Both the position numbers and the translations under genes were made by a program. From contig CAWGVG010000003.1 in NCBI GenBank assembly GCA_963825865.1, positions 160,001 to 224,000 on the forward strand: a DNA stretch of 64,000 bases. Reading direction: 5' to 3'. This DNA comes from an uncultured Nitrososphaeraceae archaeon. GTDB taxonomy: Archaea; Thermoproteota; Nitrososphaeria; Nitrososphaerales; Nitrososphaeraceae. Each line of letters opens with the position of its first letter. The stretch's first letter is position 1. Positions 33,994 through 44,361 of the stretch are shown one piece after another. The notes under the pieces are model-generated. The model saw only the letters and a program-made list of their open reading frames with translations, did not search any database and was not told the origin of the DNA.

Positions 33994-36636
33994 CTAAAAT
34001 TTTATTCTTTTATAAAAAATCTTCTTTACTATTTCTGCTGTAATAATATAGAATAACACAATTACTCCTACTGCAACCAAATACAAAGGAGGAAGCCCTA
34101 TAAATCCAAATATCTGTGCAAGTGGAGTGAAGGGTAAAATGATGATAACACCAACAATAAATAAAGTTGCTAATAACAAATGCTTTCTTGGCTTACTTTT
34201 AAACAGTGGCTTCCTGGTTCTGATAACAAGTACAACCATAGATGCAGAGATAACCGATTCCATAAACCATGCTGTTCGGAATTGATCCATGCCAGAATGT
34301 AATACTAACAAGAGTGTTCCAAATGTGATATAATCAAATATTGTACTTAATAGACCAAATACAATCATAAATTTCCTAATAAATTTTATATCCCATCGCC
34401 TAGGCTTCTCAACGATTTCTATATCTACATTATCAGTAGATATTGTCATCTCTGGCATATCTGTCATCAAATTCATAAGTAAAATCTGCTTTGGCAGCAA
34501 TGGAAGAAATGGTAAAAATAATGATACACCGGCCATACTGAACATATTTCCAAAATTCGCACTAGTGGCCATAAAGACATACTTCAATGTATTGGCAAAT
34601 GTCCTTCTGCCTTCTTGTACACCTTTAGCTAATACTCCTAAATCTTTTTCAAGTAATACAAAATCAGCAGCTTCTTTTACAACATCTGCAGCTATATCAA
34701 CTGAAATACCCGCATCAGCAGCATGAAGTGCTGAAGCATCATTAATTCCGTCTCCCATATAACCAACAACATTTTTCCTTGACTGTCTTAATGCTAAAAT
34801 AATACGTTCTTTTTGATTTGGTTCAATTTCTGCAAAAATATCTACCTCGTCAGCTTTATTTATTAGTGCATCATTGCTCATGTGATGTAGATCAGGTCCT
34901 GCAAGAACATGACGATTTAATAGTCCTATCTGCTGTCCTACGTAGGCTGCAACATGTCTGTTGTCACCGCTTATTATCTTAAGAGAGATTCCAAGTCTTT
35001 TTAAATTAGATATTGATTCTATTACATCAGATTTAATTGGATCAAAAAAGATAAGAAATCCTAAGAAAGTCATATTAATCTCGTCACCCGTGGTAATAGA
35101 AGTACGTCGATTATTGTCGTTTGTCATTCTATTATCGTCATGCTTACAGTCAATCATGTTACGATAACATACACCCAAAATGCGGAAACCTTTGTTACAT
35201 ATTTCTTTAAACCTATGTTGGATTTCTTGTTTGACTATCGATATATCGACGATCTTTCCATCAGGCATCTCAGCGCATGAGCATACTTCTAGTATGTTAT
35301 GTAGAGCACCTTTCGTTATTATAAAAAAAGATTCTAGTGTTTTATCTGAAGATGAAACAAGAATGCTTAGTCTTTTTCGGATAAAATCATATGGAATTTC
35401 ATCCAATTTACTATAACCAGATATATCAAATTGACTAGAACAAAAGTCTTTGATGGCTTTATCAATAGGATTTGTAAAACCAGTTTCATAAATAGCATTA
35501 AGATAAGAATAGAGAAGGACTTTATTATTATTATTAGCATTTCCTTTTACGTCTATTGCAGATTGCAGTTTTACTTCACCAATTGTTAAGGTCCCTGTTT
35601 TATCTGAGCAAAGTACATTCATGCTTCCTAGGTTTTCTATGGATGCAAGGCGTTTCACAATTACTTTTTCATTGGCCATCCTTTTTGCACCATGAGCTAG
35701 GTTAACGCTAATAATTGCAGGTAAAAGCTGAGGCGTAAGTCCAATGGCTAATGCCAATGAGAACAAAAATGACTCTAAAACTGGTCGACCAAAATAAACG
35801 TTAATTACAAGAATGGAAATGACTAGCATCAATGTTATTTCCATAAGAAAATATCCAAATCCTCTTACACCTCTTTCAAATTCTGTCTCTGGTGCCTTAT
35901 GTCTTAATCTATCAGATATTTTGCCTAACTCCGTATTAGCACCAGTTTTTATTACTAATGCCTTTGCAGTACCGCTTATTGCAAAAGTACCCATAAAAAT
36001 AGAGTTTGTTCTATCTCTAAGCGGCGTTTCTTCCGGTAGTATACTTGCAGATTTCTCTACGGGGTAACTTTCACCAGTTAGTGTAGCTTCATTCACAAAA
36101 AAATCTTTTGATTCAATGATTATACAATCTGCAGGTATACTGTCTCCTGATTTTAGTATAACTATGTCACTAGGAACAACATCCTCAAAAGTAATTTCTT
36201 GTAGCTTTTTATCGCGCAGTACCGTAGTTTTTAACTGTACAATTGCCAATAATTTAGTAATGGCATCTGTTGCTCCTTTTTCTTGCCAGAATCCGAGTAG
36301 TCCACTTACAATTACGATTGAAATAATAATTAAGGCATCCTCTGTTTGACCAAGGAAAAATGATAATATGGAAGTGAAAATGAAAATAACTATTATCGGA
36401 CTTTTGAACTGAGAGATTAATAACGATAATAAATCTGTTTTCTTTTTTGGTTTTACAAGGTTTTTACCATAGTTCGATAGCCTCAGATTTGCTTCTGTAG
36501 AAGTTAACCCTGTTTCTTGGTATTCTTGAGGTTTTTCTACAGTCGTATTATTATTATTATTATTAAGCTCTTGAATAATATCAGCAGTAGGAATACTCCA
36601 ATAGGAATAATCTTCTTCTTGATTAGTCTTAGTCAT
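33994..36636 (-). CDS. mgtA: Magnesium-translocating P-type ATPase (P3B)
   Basis: LTGES, GLTPQLLP, CSDKTGTLT, PYDFIRKR, GDGINDA, SANFGNMFS; intact 880 aa. Confidence 0.93.
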   Translation of the reverse strand: MTKTNQEEDYSYWSIPTADIIQELNNNNNNTTVEKPQEYQETGLTSTEANLRLSNYGKNLVKPKKKTDLLSLLISQFKSPIIVIFIFTSILSFFLGQTEDALIIISIVIVSGLLGFWQEKGATDAITKLLAIVQLKTTVLRDKKLQEITFEDVVPSDIVILKSGDSIPADCIIIESKDFFVNEATLTGESYPVEKSASILPEETPLRDRTNSIFMGTFAISGTAKALVIKTGANTELGKISDRLRHKAPETEFERGVRGFGYFLMEITLMLVISILVINVYFGRPVLESFLFSLALAIGLTPQLLPAIISVNLAHGAKRMANEKVIVKRLASIENLGSMNVLCSDKTGTLTIGEVKLQSAIDVKGNANNNNKVLLYSYLNAIYETGFTNPIDKAIKDFCSSQFDISGYSKLDEIPYDFIRKRLSILVSSSDKTLESFFIITKGALHNILEVCSCAEMPDGKIVDISIVKQEIQHRFKEICNKGFRILGVCYRNMIDCKHDDNRMTNDNNRRTSITTGDEINMTFLGFLIFFDPIKSDVIESISNLKRLGISLKIISGDNRHVAAYVGQQIGLLNRHVLAGPDLHHMSNDALINKADEVDIFAEIEPNQKERIILALRQSRKNVVGYMGDGINDASALHAADAGISVDIAADVVKEAADFVLLEKDLGVLAKGVQEGRRTFANTLKYVFMATSANFGNMFSMAGVSLFLPFLPLLPKQILLMNLMTDMPEMTISTDNVDIEIVEKPRRWDIKFIRKFMIVFGLLSTIFDYITFGTLLLVLHSGMDQFRTAWFMESVISASMVVLVIRTRKPLFKSKPRKHLLLATLFIVGVIIILPFTPLAQIFGFIGLPPLYLVAVGVIVLFYIITAEIVKKIFYKRIKF

Positions 36637-37034
36637 ACCGATGTTCCTGTCAATCCCACAATATAATCATCTATTAGCAACAGTAATCTATTTGCTATAT
36701 TTTGACTTCTATTTACTGTCGCCATTAAAGCCAAATTAAATCAAAAGTTAGACGCTATTTAATTATTGTTATACTATCATGACTTCAAATTCTATCCCCT
36801 AAAAGTCGTAAAGTATGGAAATTAGATATAGGATTATTCATAACGAAGAGGATGAGTTATACAAGAAGATATTTATTGTTATTATCATGGATACCTGGTG
36901 CTTTGACACCTAGGGAAGAGTGTAGAAGAAAATTACCAATATACCTTACTGCAGCGAATAACACATGTTGTATATTTTTTTATGTATAATCGGGTTTGAA
37001 GAGATATATCGAGAGGCTTGTTAGAAATACTATC

Positions 37035-37151
37035 TTGAGAAAATGTGACAAGTGCGGCAAGGACTTTGTTACAAACAATGATCATTTACTGTGTCATGAT
37101 TGTTGGATGAGTGAAATAGAAAAAATCGGAGGAATGACAGATGATGCTTAA
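37035..37151 (+). CDS. Micro zinc-finger protein (38 aa)
   Basis: TTG start, RKCDKCGKDFVTNNDHLLCHDCWMSEIEKIGGMTDDA*. Confidence 0.55.
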   Translation: MRKCDKCGKDFVTNNDHLLCHDCWMSEIEKIGGMTDDA

Positions 37152-37369
37152 ATACGCTGCTGCAATAGCTTGCCTAGAAACGTCAACCTGCTAGATTATC
37201 AGCTTTGTTCTTTTGCCTGTCATAAAGGAGCACCTAATCGTTATCACACACTAATAGTTACATCGAGTCAGAAATTATTATTGCATGTTCCTCTTTCTTT
37301 TGCTTATGATATAGATCTAACTCGGCAAGTAACTGATCCTTTATCTGTTTGTAAAGCTTGATCCGTATC

Positions 37370-37427
37370 GAATGGCTTTATATGATCTAGTCGACAAAGG
37401 AGACAAATATGAATTGCAAGTAGAAGT
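37370..37427 (+). pseudogene. Hsp20 internal fragment
   Basis: Close nucleotide match to 6200-6257 (MA..D.VDKGDKYELQVEV). Confidence 0.65.
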
Positions 37428-37587
37428 AGCTTCTTTATTATACTTTGACTTCAATCTATCGCAAAAGGTTGAAAGAATTGCTGCAACATATGTCATAATG
37501 ACATGCTTATAGATATATCTCTCCTGTTTCCATTTTTTACTGGTAGTTAACTAATAGTTCTACACATGTATAATTAATATCAATAGT

Positions 37588-38062
37588 TCACTTTACTACC
37601 AATACAGGACAATGAGCATAAGTTACTACTTTAGAAGCAACACTTCCAAGCAGTAACTTCTTAAAACCTGATCTACCTCTCGTACCAATTACAATTAAGT
37701 CTATATTCTCTTCTTCAGCATAGTTTGCTATTGCACCTCCTACTGACATTGAGCTTTCAATTTGTGATTTGAACTGAACATTATTATTATTCCCTTTTTC
37801 TGACACCATACTGGCAATCTTATCTAACCATTGCTGAGCTTCTTTCCTTTCCTCTTCCAATTCCCTCATGCCATAAGTAGGTGCTGTAATGAAGGTAGAA
37901 GACAAATGTTTTGGTTTAGATATATCAAGTTACAGTCAATGCGACTATTTGAGCACTATACCTTTTTGCAATCTCAATAGCATATTCTGCTGCTTTGAAT
38001 GATTGTTCTGAGCCGTCTACTGCTACCAGAATCTTAGAAAACCTTTCTTTTGTTTCAGTCAA
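37588..38062 (-). CDS. Universal stress protein, frameshifted
   Basis: FSKILVAVDGS ... IGTRGRSGFKKLLLGSVASKVVTYAHCPVLVVK. Confidence 0.88.
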
Positions 38063-38294
38063 TGAGTTTTATGTTTGTTTTTTGGTTATTAATAGAATTG
38101 CAGTTATGCCTTCTTTTATTAGGTAGGAATCTTAATTTCGACGGTACGAAAGTTAGGATGACATTATAATATAATCATAACCTTGTAAATGTAATAACAC
38201 TCTCTATTCTCCTTTAATCTACCTATAATTTTATTCTTTTGTAAAATATCTTCTTTACCAACTCAGCTGTAATAATATATACCAGTTAGTAGTT

Positions 38295-38525
38295 TTGAAT
38301 ATTATTTGTGACACATATCAAACATCTATTTCAGAATATATGCAAGAAGCACTAGTGGAAGCAATGAAATTTGATTTAGAGGAAGGAAATTTCTATGATG
38401 TTCTATTAGGCAAGATAATAGACGAGCACGATGATAACAAAAAGAATAATGATTCTACTTCTCCTCCTGCCTCAATGAATAATGAATTAGATACGCTTAA
38501 GAAGTTGAAGACACAGGTATTGTAG
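38295..38525 (+). CDS. Hypothetical protein
   Basis: ORF with an RHH-like stretch SISEYMQEALVEAM. Confidence 0.4.
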   Translation: MNIICDTYQTSISEYMQEALVEAMKFDLEEGNFYDVLLGKIIDEHDDNKKNNDSTSPPASMNNELDTLKKLKTQVL

Positions 38526-39909
38526 TTGCATAAGGCTTCGTAAAAAAAGACAGTAAATCTTATGTAACCAAGCCTGTATTATTCATCCTATCATCTAGTA
38601 TCTATTATTAGATATCCAGTTACTGAGCACTATCATCATTTTCAGATTCTATTAACAACAGCCTAAGGCGCAAGATTAAATCCCAGGTGATATATGAAAA
38701 AGAGAAACGCAAAGAAAGATACTGGATATGCGTAAAGAATAAAGGTGCTATTCCAAATCTGCTGTTAAAATTAGCAGTAGTCTAGATTTTAAAATTGGAA
38801 TATGATTCACATACCTCCTATATGAATAACTATTTATCTTTCATAATAATTCAAAAACCTTCTAAGTAAAAGAGTGCTCCTGTTTCTCAAGGTAACAAAC
38901 CAGACAAGTTATATGCTGATTTTCTCAACTGTAGAAATGTTTTTGAGAACCGAGATTTTATCATCACTTTAAATATTTCTCTTTATCCATTCACTTTCTC
39001 TGCCGTTCTGTAACCAAGCAAAGCCATTGATTGCCAATATATCGTTAATCTCCCTCCATACTGATCTAGCGATCCACTTTTTTGGCTTTACAGAGATGCA
39101 ATCCTTTTCACGAACAATATTGACATGTTCAATCCTTTTTCCTTATTGAAATTCTATATTGTATTCCCTCTTTGTTTGCTCTTGCTTCAGCACTCTTCTC
39201 ATATTCAAATAAAAAACTCAAACTCGATATTTGTTATTATTATTCAGTCTCTTTCAGAAGATAATTTTTCTTTAATTAGAGTTGGAATCATTACCTTTCT
39301 ATCATAATCTGTTATTCCCCAATAATGAGCTTGGAAGAACTTGTCAAACAGAACGCATTGGTTATTATCAATCCTAAAGATTTTGATCTGTTCATAGTTA
39401 CCTTTACTTATTAGCTTTTGACCAATCAAAAGTGCATGAAATATCTTTCAGTTAAAGATAACATGTTTTGGTTTAGGTTTCCTTAACATTCTTTTAATAT
39501 AATCCAAATTAATTTGCAATCTATACTGCATAACATAATTTGATACAACTGTCTAAAGAACTAGTTCAATATCATTTAGCTTGAATATGTTATGAATATA
39601 CTACTACTCCAATATTAACTGGATATTAGACAGACTGAAAATGGAGTCTTTATACCTTGGAAAACGCTCTGTAGTGCTTCACAATCATATTTGCTAGAGT
39701 CATGTGGTTCTTTGATTACTCCGGACGGCATGTTGACTAGTGCTGGAGACACAGCAGTAGGATGTATTACATAGTTGGTTGTTATCTATTTTGATGGTAT
39801 AAGTAAGGATAATTTTTTTGAAATCATCTCAGATATTATAATAGCAATTAATTTAGTAAACCTGAATTACGAAAGATACTTACATTCAAATGCGCCTCTC
39901 CACTATGAT

Positions 39910-40255
39910 ACAGTCGGTTCTAATGAAGCGTGGTTATGGATTGCAGTAGAGCCAATCCATAGACAAATCCTTGGAGTTCACATTTCAAGGCATAGGAATA
40001 TGATAGTAGCGGAATCATTTATTAGATCATTAATCAAAAGTTATAGGAAACATACTGCTGTCTACACCGATGGTGGATTATGGTATCCTGAAGCATGTAT
40101 TTTTTGTTAGGCCTAAAACATAGATTACATTCATCATATGAAAAGAGTGTTGTAGAAAGAGTAATAGTATATTTTAAGGATAGAAGTGAGATATTTGATG
40201 ATTATTATCCTTGCATAAGATCAGGATTACTATTATGTAATCTGCTACATGTATA
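39910..40255 (+). mobile_element. IS6-family (IS240-like DDE) transposase remnant
   Basis: AWLWIAVEPIHRQILGVHISRHRNM, YTDGGLWYPEAC, EKSVVER, KDRSEIFDDYYPC. Confidence 0.8.
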
Positions 40256-40259
40256 CAAA

Positions 40260-40622
40260 TCGTTGCTTTAATATTATCAATGTTGTTGGTAGCAATTGCA
40301 TCCTTCAGTTCTTGACTAGATTTGTTGATTTTTTCCTCGTGTTCTGGTTTCATCTTGTCTTTCAAATCTTGCTTTACCAGTTTTTTGGCTGCATAAATCA
40401 AATTATCAGGCTTCGTTTTTGACTTCTGTTTCCTCCTCCTTCTTTTTATCAGCATCTGCAAATTGGTCTGATTCTTTTTTCAGCCTTTCGATCTCTGATT
40501 TTGATAGTTTGGTGTTTGCGTATAGTGTTTGCATCTTCGCCTCTTTTGATGTAGCCCGGTCTTTTGCAGTAACGTTTAAGATTCCGTTTGCATCTATGTC
40601 AAATGTAACTTCGATCTGTGCA
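40260..40622 (-). pseudogene. dnaK: DnaK/Hsp70 C-terminal fragment (end of substrate-binding domain and lid)
   Basis: [42 protein letters not shown]. Confidence 0.85.
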
Positions 40623-40649
40623 AAAAATAAGGAGGAAGATTTGGTTCTA

Positions 40650-41023
40650 TTAGGCTGGTGTAACGTGGTATCGTGTATCCTTGCCTAAGCCAAACCTTTG
40701 AATTTTAAGTACGTTATGTCCTTCGCTAAGGTATGAATCGATCTCTTCCGAAGTTCTCTTTCCTACAGTAATGTACTTTTCTTCTTGATTGGTGTTGCGC
40801 CATTATTAGGTTCTGTTACTGTGTATTGGTATCTCTGAGTCTTTTTGCCATTAAATTCCGCTTCTACCTGTTCTATGTTCTCTGGATTAAATTGTAGAAC
40901 CTTTTTTTCTCCTGGCTGTAATTTTATAAACTTGCTGTCCTTCTGTCTGAGTTCTGCATTCCTTTGCAAATTCTGTTTAGCTTTTGGACTCAATCTTTCT
41001 GCTGCTGCCAAATTAAATCTCAC
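40650..41023 (-). CDS. Putative phage/MGE single-stranded DNA-binding (OB-fold) protein, frameshifted
   Basis: [20 protein letters not shown]..(frameshift)..[16 protein letters not shown]; GGAGGTGA SD-like motif; overlaps the PolB stop. Confidence 0.5.
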
Positions 41024-42600
41024 CTCCTGTCTGCAAATTTGCTTTACCCGACCACGCCACTTGGAGGCTTTGCTGTGTGGTCATATTTATACAAATTAAA
41101 TCTTGTTCTATTGTTGCGATATCATGACCTGCAATTTCTAGAATGTCTTTGACTGCTTTCCATAACATTATTTTGTATTTTTTGACACTGATGTCTTGCA
41201 GATTAAGAGAATATCCTTCTTTATTGTTGTCAGATTCAAAATACTCTATGACATCTCCTTTCCTTGCACCAATCGCTAACCCTATCTTGCGCTTACGATC
41301 GTTTTCATTTTCGTATTCTTCAGGATTTTTGGATAATCTATTAGATCTCTTTAGTAATTCTGGACTTACATTATGAAGTTCTAAATCAGAGATTGCTTTT
41401 TTCAGATTAGCAATAGCGTCCGCATTATTAACAATGTCATATACTGTCTGTCTGAATACAACATTAATCCATCTAGGTCGATCATTCTTGTCTCCTTCCA
41501 TACCAACTATGTCTGGTTCTTTTCCTTGTATGCCAGTCCAACCAACGTAATGCTTTTTCTTATCAGAAATTATTGCTGTTGTGTAGGTCTTGGCATGTTC
41601 TACTTCTATACCTAACTGGTTATAGCATTCTTCTTGAAATCTTGAAATAATATTACTGCTACATGTGGTTCCAGTCGTATCATAGACTGTGTTGTAAAGG
41701 AATAAAGAATCAGTGTCACCATAGACAATTTCAAATCCCATACCTTTGGCAATTTCTTGCATTTTTGAAAGTGTGTATCTACCGTATGTGGTAATTAGCT
41801 CTGCAACCCTCGGATCATAATACTTGAAATATTGACTTCCAAAGACACCATATCCACCATTGATCAGAATCTTTAATGCTAGCTGTTTTACTTGATTTCC
41901 TAGTTTCTTTTGCTTAAGTCTCTCTTCTTTGAACACCTTTAATTTGTTTGGAAATGCACCTTCTTTTTGTCTGCATGTCCAGTATTCCTTTTGAATTTTG
42001 CAATCCTTTATAATATCTTCATTTATTCTACATTGAGAATCATCTTTACAACATTCACAATTTACTGTATCAAATGATATATTGTAAAGTATTGCCATTG
42101 AAGGGTACAAACTGGCAACGTCTACAACAATCAGATCATGGTAAAGTCCCTTTGGTTGAAGAACAAATCCCCCAGCATATTGTTGTAGTTCAGATTTTTC
42201 CACATTTCTGTCATATAATGAAACTGCTGGTGTTTGACATTCTCCATTAGATATCATACTATCAAAAATAGCTGCCCATCATGTTGATATGCCAGTTCTA
42301 CATACTCTTTCAAAATCTAAACCAGTTAGTTCTGATGTGGCTTTCATAGCATTAAGGACTTCACCATTATTATGTTTTGAAAGCTGCATTACCAGCTCAG
42401 CATCTCTTAAAACATATTTTTTCTGCTCTTCAATTGGAAGGGTTTGAATGTCTTTTCCTGTTAGTCCTTTGTATTTTCTAGCTACTCCTACTCCTCCAAG
42501 ACCATCTCCTAATACAGCCTTAGATACATCATCTAGTTTTAGAGTTCGATAAGCATTCTTGAAAATTGTAGTCTGTACCATTGGTTTGCCAAATACAGTC
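41013..42600 (-). CDS. Family B DNA polymerase (MGE-type), 5' truncated, frameshift ~42270
   Basis: DVASLYPS, KILINGGYG, YGDTDS, KKHY; exonuclease motif III YVLRDAEL in the upstream piece. Confidence 0.88.
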
Positions 42601-42850
42601 CCTTTGCCGTATTCAGTAAGATAACCTCTAGTATTTACCATGGAGATACCATATTTATCGGCATATTCAGTAAGTACTTCAGGAACACCTTCCTTCTCTA
42701 TAAACACAATATCTGTTCCCTTCTCTGCAAGTTCATCTATTGCATCAAAACTAACACTAGTCCAAGTACCATCAAAATACACTCAGCCCTTACCCCTGCA
42801 ATTATACCTATGTCTTCACGTTTTCTCCCAGCAGCTTTACAGATTTTACT
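42600..42850 (-). pseudogene. Toprim (TopoVI-A/Spo11-like) domain fragment fused in frame to the PolB remnant
   Basis: REDIGIIAG..YFDG..DIVFIEKEGV..YGISMVNTRGYLTEY. Confidence 0.5.
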
Positions 42851-42852
42851 AA

Positions 42853-43986
42853 TTAACTGCTTGAAGAAGATTTGATATTATCACTGTTAATCCTTGATTG
42901 TTCTATAACGTCTTCCATTTGATTTTGAAGTCTATTCTCGTTGCTAATCGTCAAAAATTCTATAGCCTTCAAATAATCTTCCAAAAGCTCGTTCTCGGTT
43001 GCTCTGTAATAGGAGCCAGAAATACCTATGGAGTGGCCCATCAGTTTCTCAATGTTTATTGGCTTCATCCCAGAGATTTCGCAACGAGTCTTGAACCACT
43101 TACGGAAACCATGATCAGCCTGAAACTCATGTCTCCTCTTACCATCCTCAAGCTTTTTTCTAAGCCCTTGAATCCAAAGTGCATCTTCCATCAACCTCTT
43201 TACACCTGATGATTTTAGCTTCTTTGGTGAATCAATAAAACCACGTTTGAATCCTTGTTTGGTATTCCACATATTCCTTAGAACCCAACTATTTCCATCA
43301 ATTGCCTCTCCAGACTCTCTGCGATAGTTCATCCATTTTTCTAACTCATGATATGCTTCTGGAGTTATGAAACTAAAGTATTCTTCCTCATCTTCTGCAT
43401 ATACAATTATTTTAGCTGCTATGATTTTTCCATTCCTCTTGGCAGGGTGTATATCTTTCCATCTAAGGTAATCCCACGCACCAAGTCTAATGCCAGAAGA
43501 AGACATGGTGCAAACAATTGCTTTTATTCGCCTATCTGGATATTCAATTATTCTTTTTATATCTTCAATCGTTGGGGCTCTATCATAGGCATACTTTCTT
43601 CCCTTAGGTAATCCTCTTGTAATCTTCTTCCATGGTATGGATATATCATTCATTTCGCAGAACAACTTTATGGCCTTGACAAAATTATGAACAGTAGCTC
43701 CTGTGATCTCTTTTCTCTCTACTCTCTCTTTTTGTGCTTGCAGAAACCTCAGGATGCTATTCAGAAACCATTTACTGTTACTATTGCCATTTATTCTATC
43801 CATCTCTAATGCATTTCTGCACCTTTGTTGTATGTTCTCGCCTTCAAGGTTGATAAAGTCAAAGAATTTCGTTAGCCTATAGGTGTATTTTTGTTTGGTC
43901 ACTTGTGAATTTATCGCAAACATGAATATACCGTAAGGATCTGAATCTACGTTCAGGCATCCTCCTATTACATTTTGTTCTTGCAT
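42853..43986 (-). CDS. Tyrosine recombinase/integrase
   Basis: Catalytic set SSGIRLGA (R), HGFRK (HxxR), LMGHS (H), SYYR (Y). Confidence 0.9.
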   Translation of the reverse strand: MQEQNVIGGCLNVDSDPYGIFMFAINSQVTKQKYTYRLTKFFDFINLEGENIQQRCRNALEMDRINGNSNSKWFLNSILRFLQAQKERVERKEITGATVHNFVKAIKLFCEMNDISIPWKKITRGLPKGRKYAYDRAPTIEDIKRIIEYPDRRIKAIVCTMSSSGIRLGAWDYLRWKDIHPAKRNGKIIAAKIIVYAEDEEEYFSFITPEAYHELEKWMNYRRESGEAIDGNSWVLRNMWNTKQGFKRGFIDSPKKLKSSGVKRLMEDALWIQGLRKKLEDGKRRHEFQADHGFRKWFKTRCEISGMKPINIEKLMGHSIGISGSYYRATENELLEDYLKAIEFLTISNENRLQNQMEDVIEQSRINSDNIKSSSSS

Positions 43987-44033
43987 TCTATTTTTTCTTT
44001 TTCCTAGAACCCTATTTGAGAACTAATACCAAT

Positions 44034-44058
44034 GTGGGCCGAAAGGGAGTTGAACCCT
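44034..44058 (-). other. tRNA 3'-end-like sequence (putative att site)
   Basis: Minus strand AGGGTTCAACTCCCTTTCGGCCCAC = T-arm plus acceptor 3' strand; ~50 bp upstream of the integrase; no D- or anticodon arm. Confidence 0.6.
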
Positions 44059-44361
44059 GCATATAAATGGGTTCAGCATATTCCATGGTATGGGCTATAA
44101 TAAAGGATGATCTCGATACTTTACTTGTCTATTTGAAGTTTATAGGTAATATCTGCGAAATGAGGATTAGTGCCAGGTGAGGTGAGGGCGCCTGTTGGGG
44201 TGACACGAACATTGTAAAAGATTGTATGCTCCCCAGGAGGCAGTGGCTTCAGAAAGACCCACCATCCTTGACTTACCGCGCGCCATGCTCCTGTCACTTG
44301 GTTTGCGATATCGGTGTCAGCTGGTATCGTAAGGTTAAATCCCTTTGAGTAGAAATCGTTA

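Noticed and set aside
33596-33997. 133-aa plus-strand ORF
   Set aside because: No recognisable motif and atypical composition; probably spurious or decayed sequence.
41013-43986. Casposon
   Set aside because: No Cas1 or TIRs; the recombinase is a tyrosine integrase.
44034-44110. Complete tRNA gene
   Set aside because: Only the T-arm and acceptor 3' strand are present; no D- or anticodon arm.
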